Origin: Podarcis erhardii
Taxonomy: Eukaryota
Direction: 5' to 3' (one strand)
Assembly (NCBI GenBank): GCA_964252035.1
Contig: OZ176204.1
Length of the DNA stretch: 64,000 bases
Numbering within the stretch: the first letter of the stretch is position 1; the number at the start of each line of letters is the position of its first letter. Below the pieces are notes generated by a model, which saw nothing but the letters and a program-made list of their open reading frames with translations, ran no database searches and was not told the origin of the DNA. Made by a program: the position numbers and the translations under genes. Positions 24,179 through 36,555 of the stretch are shown here, piece by piece.

Positions 24179-25757
24179 CCTGCCACTTTGTCTACCCATT
24201 TTCCTCCCGGTATCCATCCCTCCTTGTTCCCAATGTGCCCTATATAATTTTTAACTCCTCCTGAATCACTCAATCAGGAGCTGATGTGAGCAGCAGTAGA
24301 TTAGGTGAATTGCTAAAAGCCAGGAAGATTTATGCTCAAGTTATACTACACATTTCAGTGTCCTGAACTAAAGTAATATGGATGTTAAATAGATTGCATG
24401 GTTTCCATGGGCCATTATCAGAAATGATAATAGTTCTTAACCTCCTCCTCTCTCCAGTAATAAGACACACTTTACAACCTTTTCGTTCCGGTTTGTTTTA
24501 ATCCTCACCATAGCAAAACTCACTTCATCCTTTACACATGGGGTCCCTTAAAAACAGAGGCACAATTCATGTTTGCATGCACTTGATCCATAAACTCCGG
24601 TTCAACATTTCCATGCTGCAGACCTACTGTAGCATCCTCCTCCTTTCTCAAGGCATTTCCATTCTCTCTCATAACGGTAGAGCACCTTTAGATTTGACAT
24701 AGCAAACCTTCACTGAGGTTCAGCTCATAGTTAGCAGTTTCTGAAATAAAGATTTTCGTGTGTAACTCAAATTTGTGTCCTGCTTTGTCCATTCAAATGA
24801 CAAAATCGGGAAAAACAGAAGGGCAATTAATTGTATCTTGTACAATAAAGATATGGGATATACTTCCATGCGAAAGTGCCAGCATGACTATGTGTGCATG
24901 TGCCTAGGGGTGATGTTTTGATATCTGCAGTCCACACTCAGCAGTAGCTTAAGGCCATGCTGGGCTTCCCCACTTCTGCACAAAGTTAATGGTGGCAATT
25001 ATGGAACCAGCACAGGCTCTGCTGTGTGCTCAGATGCCTTCACAATGTTCATACAGCATCTCCCAGGAAGAAAGGTGCTTCTCTTTCTAGGAGTTCTTCC
25101 CATGTACTTGTGATGCCAAACTATGACATGAGAGTACAGGAAGCTACCATCCAGATGTGTGCTAAGGTGATTTGTGCTAGATTTTCAACCATTTTAAATT
25201 ACAATTGGCAATATTGAATAAATCAGTAATTAAATGGACCTAAGGTAATGATTGATTGTATATTAATCTGATTGTGACTTTCTGGAGGGGAGAGTTCATC
25301 TTCTTTGAAAGTTTTGGCTTTGAAGCGTTTTGAAATGGCATGTTTCAAGTAGGGTGGATAGGTAAAAAATCCCTGCATGTATTTTGCTTTCATGGGGTTT
25401 GCCTCACATACATTATATCAATCACCCTTAATCTGACCCAGCAAGGTTGGTTAGTAATAAAACTTATTTGTTTTATTGTTTATTAAGTTTGTATATTCCC
25501 TTCATTTGAAGATTTCAGGGCGGTTAGCAACATAAAAATACAAGATGAAAACACAAAATGCATAATAAAAACAAGAACAAAACTAAGCAATAACCCCCTC
25601 CCCTCCATCTTCCAAAATTGCCACTGCATTATAGGTATAGGGAGTTTAACAAGTAGGATGGGGAGAAAATTCAAGTCCTTATATAACAACTGATTGTCAG
25701 TCACATAGATTACAAAAAAAAACCAGACATGAGAAAGAAAAGCAGTAGACAGGAACA

Positions 25758-26177
25758 TGTGAGAGGGGAAGGATTAAGATTTGCGTGTCTAGACCCTGCA
25801 GCCACCCCTCGTTGAGGAATAAAACACACCAGGACACAGATATTAGGTTAATGTTGTTGGGCATATTTTGGCCACAACTTTGTTGATTACAGAATGTGAG
25901 TGGTAATTGGCTTAGGCATTGAATGGACCCAATTATATCTGACTCCTGCCCACTGCACAGGGAGTCCAGTAAGGGTAAACCACCAGAAGGGGGAGCCCCG
26001 TCAATGCAGACCAACTCGAGCTCCCCCAGGTGTTCCTGACAGGGTCGTGTCATGGCCCTAGCCCCACCCCGGGCTTCGGACAAGATCCACACCTCTGGAT
26101 TCCTTTAACGGAATACCCTTAAGGATGGAGGGGCAGGTGATGGCCACACCTCCCCTCCCCCATCAAAAGGTAAAACA
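25758..26177 (-). mobile_element. Possible solo LTR
   Basis: TG...CA bounded ~420 bp, GC-richer than flanks, minus-strand aatcaacaaagttgtggcc resembling LTR poly(A) region; no TSD found. Confidence 0.35.
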
Positions 26178-26492
26178 ATGCCTTTGTGATGATTGCTACG
26201 AGGTAGGCGAAAACCAAATGGCCTGTGCCATGCACCAATTGACAGTTTCTCTTAAAAATTATTGATAAGCTTATGTGCTGGATTGAGAACCAAAAAGTAG
26301 CACTGTGCTTCCCATGACTGCTTTCTGCACTCCCCCACCCTTTAATTACATGTGCTTACATAGCCATATGTTTTTTTCTCCTTTTTTTAGTTGAAAAGTA
26401 CCACCATGGTTCTCATGAACGCATTCAGCTCTATTCTCCCATTTGTTTTATCCTCATTTCTGTACATGACTTTTTTCCTTTTCTTTTCTCAG

Positions 26493-26513
26493 ATGCGGCT
26501 CCATTCTACATAG
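26493..26513 (+). CDS. Candidate 21-nt microexon (DAAPFYI)
   Basis: tgac-ttttttccttttcttttctcAG / atag|GTatgc; phase 1-1, frame-preserving, stop-free; no homology support available to me. Confidence 0.45.
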   Translation: MRLHST

Positions 26514-27148
26514 GTATGCCATGTCTCAGCTCTCTTGAGACACCCCTCTCCAATACCCAGAGGGACTTTGTGTTGTTGTTCTTACCCATGTTCACTCCCT
26601 CTTTGCTGATGCTTCTTTCCTTCCAAGTGTCATACTAACAGATACATTTTACTGCTTTAGCTAACAACATGTTAGGCACAATTCAGCTGCTCATATTGGC
26701 CTCTATTCACAGATGTGTAAATCTGTGGCTCAGTCTGTAGCACAGGGGTGTTTGACCAGAATATCAAGGGTCCTGTGTTCTTTCCATTTAACTTAATGCT
26801 TGTCAGTAGAGATTACTGTCACCCTTCAGCTTTCTGTAAATAGCATTTCAATGCAAATTTCCTAGAGAGCCAAACAGAGGTTTAAAAGTGTGATGAAAAG
26901 CTGATAACCAATTCCTCTTTTTAAAAAAGTTTAATGTCCATGTTTGTAGGAGATTTCTAGCAGGTTGAGAACCACATGATGGTGCATCCCAATTTTGTAC
27001 TGTAAAATGTTGCCTTGAACAAACAAAGTTAGCATAGCATAAAAGCCACATGGAGGCCACTTGAAGCCACATAGCAGCCGCTCCATGAGGACTGGTTTCC
27101 ACTGTCCATTTTCTCTCCTCACCACTGCCACACATGCATGATGTGTAG

Positions 27149-27196
27149 AAGAGCTGCCATGCAGAGACAGTTTCAAGTTGTTTGACTTGCTTTCAC
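27149..27196 (+). CDS. Candidate 48-nt cassette exon (EELPCRDSFKLFDLLS)
   Basis: gtgtAG / cac|GTAAGT; phase 1-1, stop-free; AG-free pyrimidine-rich stretch upstream; prediction only. Confidence 0.3.
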
Positions 27197-27395
27197 GTAA
27201 GTCCTGTTAAATGCACAATTAATTTCCCTCCGGCTCCTGAGAGCAAATAAAGAGGTTACCATAACCCACTGTAAATACACCACATCAATTGATTTAATGT
27301 TTATTTTCTAATAAATGCATATTCTACAGAAAATATATGTCTCTCTCCAAGCAGTCATTCACATTTTTTTAGCACTGATACTAACTAATCGCTAG

Positions 27396-27434
27396 TGTCT
27401 TTGAAAAGCCACATGTATGAGGATAGACATAAAC
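27396..27434 (+). CDS. Candidate 39-nt cassette exon (VSLKSHMYEDRHK)
   Basis: TACTAACtaatcgctAG / aac|GTAAGT; phase 1-1, stop-free; prediction only. Confidence 0.3.
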
Positions 27435-29098
27435 GTAAGTTCTTACTGATCCTGAGCTTTAGGGATGAGTTGAGTAATCTATGAACTGAATGAATTGGAT
27501 TCCCTCCCTTCAGCATATTGATAACCCACTCCCAGGTTTTTAAAGGAACAGTTCGCACATCAGAAAACTATATCAGAGAGTGCCACTCAATAGCAGACAC
27601 AGGCCCTTTCCAGGGAGGCTCACCTGATGTTGACTCTATTAGGTACCTTATGGTGCCACTTGTAGACTGTTTTATTTGTCTAGGCGTTTTAGATACCATT
27701 TGAATAATGGTTTTAATCTTGCTTAGCTCTTTTTAATCTACTTTTAATATTGGCTTCCGCTGTTACACTGGTTTTATAATTGCTGTATTTGTTTTAGTTG
27801 ACTGTTTCTAATCCTCTTCATTTGTGAGCTGCTCTGAAAACCCTTTGGGTTGAACAGCAGGCTAACAACATAGGACATATACATGAGATAAAGTGATTCA
27901 GAGTCCCGTTGACATAGTTCAAGCTTGAAAAGCTTGGACAGGTTTTATATGCTGTCCTTTCCATGCAAACATAAAACACGTATATGTGTAGCTGTATTGC
28001 ACACAATTGGAGTTTATACGACAATGCATTGGTCTCCCTGTTGATTAGAAGGAATCTCCAGTCCAAACTTTCAGTCACTCACTTAATCACTATGTATCAC
28101 TGGCTGTGCAGCTGGCATTGAAAGGAAAACATACTTTGACTGCTTCTGTTCATGAATGAAAATGTGGGAAAGTGTCAATAGAACAGCTCCCCATGTGCCC
28201 CCTCCCCACCATCTAGCAGTTGTTGGATTACAACTCCTGTCATCCCTGACAATTGGCCATGCTGCCCAGGACTGACAGACAGGCCCATGCAGAGGGGAAG
28301 GCAGCCGGGTACATTTGTCCTGGACCTTTAGAGTGCTAAGCTGGTTGGGGGAGCCTGCCAGGGGCCTGCTGGACTTGCGCTGTTTGAGTTTATAACTTTA
28401 TTCTAACAAGACTCCAGCCCCTGGCCCCAGACAAGTTCTGTATGGACCTGCTGACAGGAGTTAGAGTTCAACCTCATTGCGAGGGCCACAGGCTCATCAT
28501 ACCTACCATAAGAGAATTTCCTGGAGATGAGATGAAAAACAAGACCCTAGAGAGAAGGGAGTGTAGTTATTTATTTATGCTAGTTTGATCAATCAAAGAA
28601 ACAGCAAACCAGAATAATTAATCTGAAGCTTTTCTCCTCGTACATGTATGATCATTTGAAATAAATGATTCTCTTGTAAGGGTGCAGATAATTTGACTTG
28701 GGGTTTGCCTAGCAATGACTTTGCCAAATGCCATGACTCTTCAACTGAAAGTGTGAACCCTGGCTGATATTAAATCATTACCACGTAACTTCCCATTCCG
28801 CTCCACGGCTTGTCCATTTAATTTGACTGCATTCTTCCTCACGCATGCTGTTGGAATGTACAAATGAGAGGATGCAAGCTGCCTGATTTCCAGCCTGATG
28901 TGAATGTCTCTCTTAGCACATACTAGCAGTGCCTTCCAATGCTAGCCATATTTCCTGACTACCAACTATATATATTTTTTGTTCGTTTCCTCCCTGGTTT
29001 TCCTTTTCCACCCTCTTTTGGTTGGGTTTTTGAATTATGCCTGCTTCTTTACTGCTGTTTTTGTTTTTGTTTCTGTTTCCCCATTCTCCTCATTGGAG

Positions 29099-29203
29099 GC
29101 AATGAGCCGTCCAGCGGTCGGAACTCCCCTGCCCCTTACCGGCCAGACAGCCGCCCTCTAACACCAACTTACGCTCAGGCCCCTAAACATTTCCATGTTC
29201 CAG
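29099..29203 (+). CDS. ABLIM1: ABLIM1 exon, 105 nt (GNEPSSGRNSPAPYRPDSRPLTPTYAQAPKHFHVP)
   Basis: cattggAG / GTagga, phase 1-1; matches recalled ABLIM1 GNEPSSGRNSPLPYRPDSRPLTPTYAQAPKHFHVP. Confidence 0.96.
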
Positions 29204-29731
29204 GTAGGAGCTGGCAATGTATGTCTTGGTGTCCTGTCATAGTGTAGACCAGTAGCCTTTGTAACCCTTGTCTTGTCTCCATTATCTCATGCTGTTTAGT
29301 TCGTTTGTTTTTTTGGAGTATACCATGAACTGCTTTGAAATGCAGGGCTTGTTGCTTTTATTTTGAGAGGAATTAGAAAAAGCTGGCTGCAGAAAGATTT
29401 AAGCGTTGAAATATTTTGGAATAGGGAGGATACAATGTAGTTTGGTAAGAGCACCGTGTACATGGCCCAAGCCACTTCTTGGTAGCACCAAACACATCTT
29501 ACCTGTTACTTCCTGTTTTTCATGACTTTAAGAGGCAGGGTTCAGGTTACAATCCTAAACAAAAATGCTAGGAAGCCCATCTAATGGAACTCAATGGGAC
29601 CTGAGCAAGCATACTTAGATTGCACTGTCAAAACACTTTGCATTTTTTTGTGGCAGACTGTGTAACAGACTGTGCTTTCTGTTAAGAATAATATTGCTTA
29701 AACAGACTCATTGCATCTAGTTGTTACTGTG

Positions 29732-29745
29732 GCGCCCTCTGGTAG
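29732..29745 (-). promoter_or_regulatory. Candidate CTCF site
   Basis: Minus strand CTACCAGAGGGCGC, one mismatch to core. Confidence 0.4.
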
Positions 29746-30978
29746 GCTTCATTTGGGGCCTTAAATCTGTAGATTCCTGTGTGAAGTAGTTCTCATTGAT
29801 GCAAATCATTAATTTAACATTAAAGCTTCACATTATTTACTTTGCTTCTGTACACTTTTTACTGCTTGAAAAGGAGCCAGTGATACTGCTAGAAGTTCAG
29901 CCTTGTGTATATTACACTCTGCTTTTATAGTATTGTCTGCTGCAAATGCTGCAGATAACCTGGTAGCCATTTTCTAGCAATGGCTGTGGCTTAATGTTTC
30001 TTGAGCAGTCTCAGTGAGCAATGGATATGTCATTATTCAGTATTAAGCAAAACATTGAGTTGGGGTTAGTTTGTATCAAAGAACTCTTGTTCCAATGTAT
30101 TTTGAGGAGATAAAGAAGTATGGCCCCACTCTCTTCCGTGTCAATTAGAGTTGTTTCTCTGGAAGTAATAGAGACGTGCCTGTCTGGCTGAAAAATTTGG
30201 CCACACACTTAGGAGCTACTGCTGCTGATATAACATCTGCCTTCATGGTCATGGATCTCCAAGACATTCTTAAGAGATTACACACATATTGTAACTGCTT
30301 AACATACAGAGAAGGTATAGTGGAGGGTGGGGAATGTGGAACTGAACCAACAGCATAACCCTTTTTATGGTTTAGAGTTGGACCATTACTGATATATTCT
30401 AGCCATTAATTAGCTGCTACACATCTAAGAGGGATAGCCTGCATTAAACATATCTTGCCACTACGAGGCTGCAATCCCACAGTGGCACTACTGAGTAAAC
30501 ATGCGTAGGATAAGGCTACAATATAGCATTCCGTTTTCTTTGTCTACTGAGTTACCCTAGATAAGTCTTTTTTTTAAAAAAAAAAAAAACAACCGAAAGA
30601 ACATGGCTTTTGGGTTATTTATTTTTGACTCTACCTCAAGCTTTCTAAGAATCCTCTCTCCATTTTGTTTGTGTTGTCATATTAATTTTCAGTGTCTGTG
30701 CATTTTATAATTAAGAGGAACATGAACTTTTCCTTGAGAGTATATCCAAGCATGTATTTAAAAAAACCAAATGAAAACATTCTGTAGTATTTAAGTCATT
30801 GCTAGAGAAATACTGTATTAAGTTCAGGCTCTATGACATAAAATGCTTCTGAATATGAACATATGTGGTTGGTGGTGTGAGTTGGTTGTACCACCAAACC
30901 AATAAGTGTGGTAAGAAACATTGCAGAGGCTCAATAGAATCACAGAGAATATGGCTGCATTTCAAAACGGCAGATTTA

Positions 30979-31068
30979 CACTGCAATCCTTTACACATCT
31001 ACCTGAAAGCAAGTCCCACTGTTCTCAATGAGACTTACTTATGAGTAGGCATACATAGGATTGCACTG
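30979..31068. repeat. ~90-bp palindromic interspersed repeat (representative copy)
   Basis: tgcaatcct...aagtcccact..aatgagactt...aggattgca; relatives near 7383, 7880, 11764, 29546, 30466, 39553, 51886. Confidence 0.6.
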
Positions 31069-31564
31069 AATGAAACATGTTCTGAAGCCTTGACTGTAAA
31101 TGTACATCATTGCTATTTGTGATGTCTGTGGTTGGAGGAGAAATTGAGCTGCTGTTGCACAATTTCCCAGTAGTCATTTGGTGGCTATTTTCCGCCAGAA
31201 TGCTCCTGTCTCCACCCCGGCATATCTCTTTTGGTTGCACCTCCTATGAAATGTTTATCCCACTAACAATCTACTAAGACATTAAACTGAATGGCCCATG
31301 CCTTTAGGTACATCACCATGTCGCCAACTCTATATGTCAAAGATTTCATGTCATCTGTCTGTGATATTTTCCCATCTGTTTTTGTGTTTTGTTTTCATCA
31401 GATACTTCTCTCTTTTATGTGATACTGAAATTAGTTTCCTGGATACTTGTGCCAAGTCCTCAGTTTGGAATACCTGTCAATTTAGTGTTTGATTTCTTCC
31501 CTCTTTCCCAGCATTAATTGAAGATGTCCAAATAGTCTCATGTTTCTGCTTTTTATTTTTACAG

Positions 31565-31612
31565 ATCAAGGCATCAATATTTATAGAAAACCTCCTATCT
31601 ACAAACAGCATG
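31565..31612 (+). CDS. ABLIM1: ABLIM1 exon (DQGINIYRKPPIYKQH)
   Basis: tttacAG / GTaaac, 48 nt, phase 1-1; NIYRKPPIYKQ is a conserved abLIM/dematin motif. Confidence 0.97.
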
Positions 31613-33022
31613 GTAAACCTTCTTCTTTCTGTTTTCAAAGTGGGACAATCTTAATATATTAAATAGCTGCATGACTGAACTGTTGACTTACCCAGAGCTT
31701 TGTCTTCATGTTAACTTTTTGTAACATTAGTGGATTATTGCCTGCTTTATCACCTTTTATGTTTCATTTTTTCTGATGTAAACAGAGGGTGGTTGAAAGG
31801 CAGAAAGATACAGTAATCTCTCATCTTGTTTGGCAACAGACTGGTTGAAATTGTGCAAGTCAACTCCCAAGCAAGGCACTGGGTAACACAAGCAGACCTG
31901 GCACATAATGTGCTTTTAAACTCTTGGTCTTGCTTGCTGGGCAAGGCCTGCTCATTGCGCCGGCTCTGGGAGTGCTGCAGATACACTAGCCACAGGGTAG
32001 CGCCACGGTTTGACTATATGCAATTTTCACACATATGCATAATGCTTGGAACCAAACCCATGTAAGATGAAGGATTACTTTACACGGTATGCCTCACTGC
32101 TTTGAATGCCGTTTTCCAGAATATGATAATCCATCACGGCTACTTTGTTATGTAGTACCCTGCTTGCAAACAGGAATAGTACATGTCTTATTAGCCTTTA
32201 TTTCAGTCATATAAGCTGCAGTCATGTAGGGTTGTTTTACAGCTAGCAGGCCAGCATTCCACATGCAAATTTGCTTAAAGATATTGCACTAATATATCTG
32301 GAAATATTGAAAGCAACAGATCTCTTGGAAACTGTCATAACTAGCTAAAAAACTCTGACAGGAACAGTTAGGTTTTTTAATCAGTTTTCCTGTCCAGTGG
32401 AATACCCACTTTAATAATATGAGAAATGATGGGGAAAGTCACTTGACCAAGGCATGGTCCCAATGAATACTGAAAGAGCATAATCCAACAAGCACGCTCA
32501 TCTCTCTCACGACCCTCATTCATTTTATTGATGCTGGCATGGGAGCAAGCTTGGTCTCCATTGTGTATTGCTGTGCTCGACTGAGCTTAAAATGAGGTAG
32601 AACTGACAAGAATCTGTTTTTGAGTGCAGGGGCAAAGCAGTAGAATGTCTGTAGTAACTACAGAGTGTCTTTCAACATGTGCCCAGTTGACCGCTCCGAG
32701 TAAAAAACGAATAGTGTGTTTTCATAGCAGGGTTATTCCTCAGCGGTTCTGCACTGACAGTGGAGCATTCACAATTAGCAAATCACAATTTCTTTTTAAC
32801 AGCAAAGGTCACATTGCAGTATTTGCTGAGGGAATTTCAGTAGTCTTTGGAGATCTGGCTACGAAAATACATTTTTCACAGTATCTAGAAAGAAACTAAT
32901 TATAATTATAGCTTTTAGGTAAAGACTCATGGAAACAGAAATAGTAGGAAGATCAGGGGTGGCTGAGGGATGCAAAAGTTTTAGATTGCTTGAGGGCTGA
33001 TGGTTATTATGGGGTGGTATTT

Positions 33023-33023
<1 letters not shown>

Positions 33024-33070
<47 letters not shown>
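33024..33070. repeat. (TAT)n microsatellite
   Basis: Direct reading. Confidence 0.95.
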
Positions 33071-33071
<1 letters not shown>

Positions 33072-36000
33072 ATTTTTAATCATGCCATTTAATTATTTTT
33101 TCTTGACATCATTTTTATTTCTCTATGATTTTTATTGTGTCTACTCACCTCCCATTAACATGTGAATGTTTTTGCCACTGACCTCATCAATTCTAATACG
33201 TAAGTACTGTTGGAAGGCATGTTTTTGTAATTCCCTGAGCAATGAGCCAAGGTAGCTGCTCCTTATCCATTAAAGGCAGGGATGGGAAACCTCCGATCTG
33301 GGCATCAAATGAGACTTCTCTTCTGGCCCTCAGGACTCTCCTCAAGCTACACACCCTCCTCAGTCACCCACCCCTGCTCCCCAGCCACACCATTCTAGGA
33401 CTGATCTTGGCTGGCTGGAATGTGTCCCTTGCTTGCCTGGGTGTAGGATAGAAAGGGGTATATTAAGTATGTTTAGAAACTGACCTACTGTAAAAAGGTT
33501 AAATCTACATTCATTGCTCTGCCCACTTTTGCCTGTGAGCCCCCCACCCTTGGGAGGCTGCCTAGAAGGGAATGTGCCCTCAGTCTGAAAAAGGTTCTTC
33601 ACTTCTGCATTAAGACTTCACAGTTTTTCAGGAACTTTTCTTGTTCATAAGCCCCCTTTGAAATGAAAGAGAACTGCCAGTCTGCACAGGATGAAACTCT
33701 TGTGCAGCTTTCATTTGTTTCACTTAAGCCTATGCACAAGATATTTCCAGTTATTTACATCCCTTATGAACAATTTTTATTATATTTCAAAATAGTAAGG
33801 GGGCTTCTGCAAATAAACATCTTTTGTTTCTTGTTTGCTCTTCCCTAAAAATTCTACATTTTATTATAACTTGCAAACTTTAAAAAGTTAGTATTCTTTC
33901 ACTCTACTTTCTCTTCTTCTGGAGAATGAATCTAGTTAAGGTTTTAACTATGTAGTAGCATCTGATAAAGACTTTCCCTTCCATCATGCGTGACTAAATA
34001 GTCGCAGGACTTTCATTTAAAAATGTACTTTAAGAAATGTTAACAAAGGTTTAAAATATCATGGAGTAGCAATCTAAGGCTGAGATGGCCATGGTTTAGG
34101 GGAAAGGGTCTTAAGAGTCAAAGTGAGAACCGTTCAGGGCCTGATTAGGTCCACTGGCTGGTGGTTTCCCACCTCTCCTCTAAGTGATCACAGGTTAAAT
34201 GGCCAAATTCATTTGAACGGAGCATTAAAACATTGAAGTATATTTATATAATACGCAGATGGACAATCAATATCTGGATTTACCCCTTCTCTTCTTATGC
34301 AAGCATAGCCCTGTATAACTTTCTAACATTTTCTGATACAAGCCTCTGTTTTAGCTAAGTTTGTGACATCTGAAAATACCCTTTGGAGGCTTTCAGAAAC
34401 ACAAACCTTAAAATAGTAAAGACACAAAATATATCTTGGGAAATAGTTTTTCTAGTTCACATTCTTTTCAATCTTTTTTTAGTTGCTTCATACACAGTGG
34501 AATCAGCCCAACATTTGGTTATTGAAAACAGCAAAGGGTGAAACTACACTGTCATTTTTTATATATAAAACTCTGCCCTGATGTGATTTTTTTCTTTGTT
34601 ATTTACTGGCATTAAATCTGCCTTCTTCTTTGCAATTACACATGGATCTTAAGAACAGTTGCATGCATCTCATGGTGATGTTCCCTCATACATAATGATA
34701 GTATAATTTCACCCTAAGTGAATTGCCAGGATAAATATTACACTATTACTATACCTTACTTTGGGATCAATTTCACATGGTGATGACAATGCTCTGAAGT
34801 AAACATCAAGGATGCTTAATAAGAGCTTTAACCAAAATAAAATGAAGCTAATTATCATGTAGCAGTTACCCAACTACTGATTTGGACTGATGAAAAATTA
34901 TTTATTTAATGAATGTGTTAAGGAAATGTAATTATACAGTAGAAAGTTTACAGTTATTAATACACAGCAAATTTCATTCCCATTGGAGAAATTTTGTAAA
35001 ATGTCATGAGATTACATCCACTAGAACACTACTAAGATATCCCTGGCTTCTTGCCTTACATGGAAACCAAGAGGCACACTGAACTCTTCTTTTTATTAAC
35101 AGCAGTTGCTTTAAAAAAGAGAGACTGCCATATAATGCTTCTGTGGTTCCAATGAACTTGCTTTGTAAATTCATTCTAAAGCTGTGCACAAACCTAGGAT
35201 TATTGAAATGAGAGTGCCACTCTGGAAATATACTTGTGTTCTATTCAAACAAAACAATTTTCTCTCCCAGATCAAGCTCAGGAAAACTGGTCCCGTGAAA
35301 TTTTGCAGAAGTTGGCTGTACATACAGCTAATTAGCAGACACTTGTGATGTCACAAACCCACCTCCATTGACCTGGGAACAATTTTGCAACTGTTTAAAA
35401 AAAGCAGCCTGAGGCAACTAAAGCGCATTTGAATCACACATCTTGGCCTTCCAGATGTTGTTGAAATCCAGCACCTTACACTCCCTGACCATGCTGTCTG
35501 TGGTTTATGGTAGTTGGAGTTCAACAACAACTGAGGGGCCATGGGTTCCCTGTTTTAAATGATTAAGTGTACATCCCATATGCCTCCCTGAAGCATTTGG
35601 AATAGGCAAGATAGCTGAATTCAAGCTTTTGGATGACTTGCTTGTCTGTTATTTACATTGTAAAGGAGGGAGGAAGCCAGGCTCACTCCATTACAGAATT
35701 CCACTGTAACTTCTGATTTAATGCTGTGATTGTATGCATCCTTCAGATGCGCTGTTCTCATGAAACTTGGGGTTTTCTTGCAAAAATTAGAACTTAAAAT
35801 TTGGCCACAATATGTTAATAGGAGTATTATATCAGGGCTTCTCCAGACTGGTGTTTTATTTGTGTGTGTGTGTTCTACCGTGGGTGGGTGGGGGCACACG
35901 GTGTCTTACACTTGTCATTGACACAGTAATAGTGCGTTAGTGGCAGATTTATCCTGAACCTTCAGCTTTATTTACATTCTGTGATGCTTCCCCAGTGTTA

Positions 36001-36408
36001 CTGCATTATTGCTCTCTGGAGGGGCATTTTCTGTGCTATTGCCAAACAAAAGGAGGACAACCACCACTGCCACTCCCAGAACATTTGTGCTATAAGAAAT
36101 TACAGGACTTCAACAAGAAGCTAAAAAGCATGCACCAATTGGATACAGGGCAGTTTGACAGCCCCAAAACTTTTGCAGTCACAAACTGTATTGAAAGAGT
36201 GATTGTAGAAAACTGTCCGAACACCACCAAGAATGCACAATAAAAAGGATGTCTGGAGGGGCCCTCACTTGCTGAATAAGGAGATGAAATAATAGTGCTT
36301 ATAGCGTTAACTATTTCAATTGTAAGAGAGCATGAAGTTGAAAAGAACCATATAGCATTGATGCAGCAACTTAATCTGATAGCTTAAGTTCCCCTGATTG
36401 CGATCTAG

Positions 36409-36555
36409 ATGCAGCTGCCCTGGCAGCCCAGAACAAGTCTTCCGATGATATCATCAAGTCCTCCAAGTTCCCAGCAGCTCACGCTCCAGCACCCAACGAG
36501 ATTCCAAAGATTGAGACAGAATACTGGCCAGGCCCACCCGCACTTGCGGCTGTAG
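36409..36555 (+). CDS. ABLIM1: ABLIM1 exon (DAAALAAQNKSSDDIIKSSKFPAAHAPAPNEIPKIETEYWPGPPALAAV)
   Basis: atctAG / GTatgg, 147 nt, phase 1-1; SKFPAA..P...PKIE..WP.PP family motif. Confidence 0.96.
   Translation: MQLPWQPRTSLPMISSSPPSSQQLTLQHPTRFQRLRQNTGQAHPHLRL

Noticed and set aside
26661-26720. Acceptor after TACTAAC...TGCTTTAG
   Set aside because: Only weak donors, giving non-3n lengths or stops; more simply a QKI-type element
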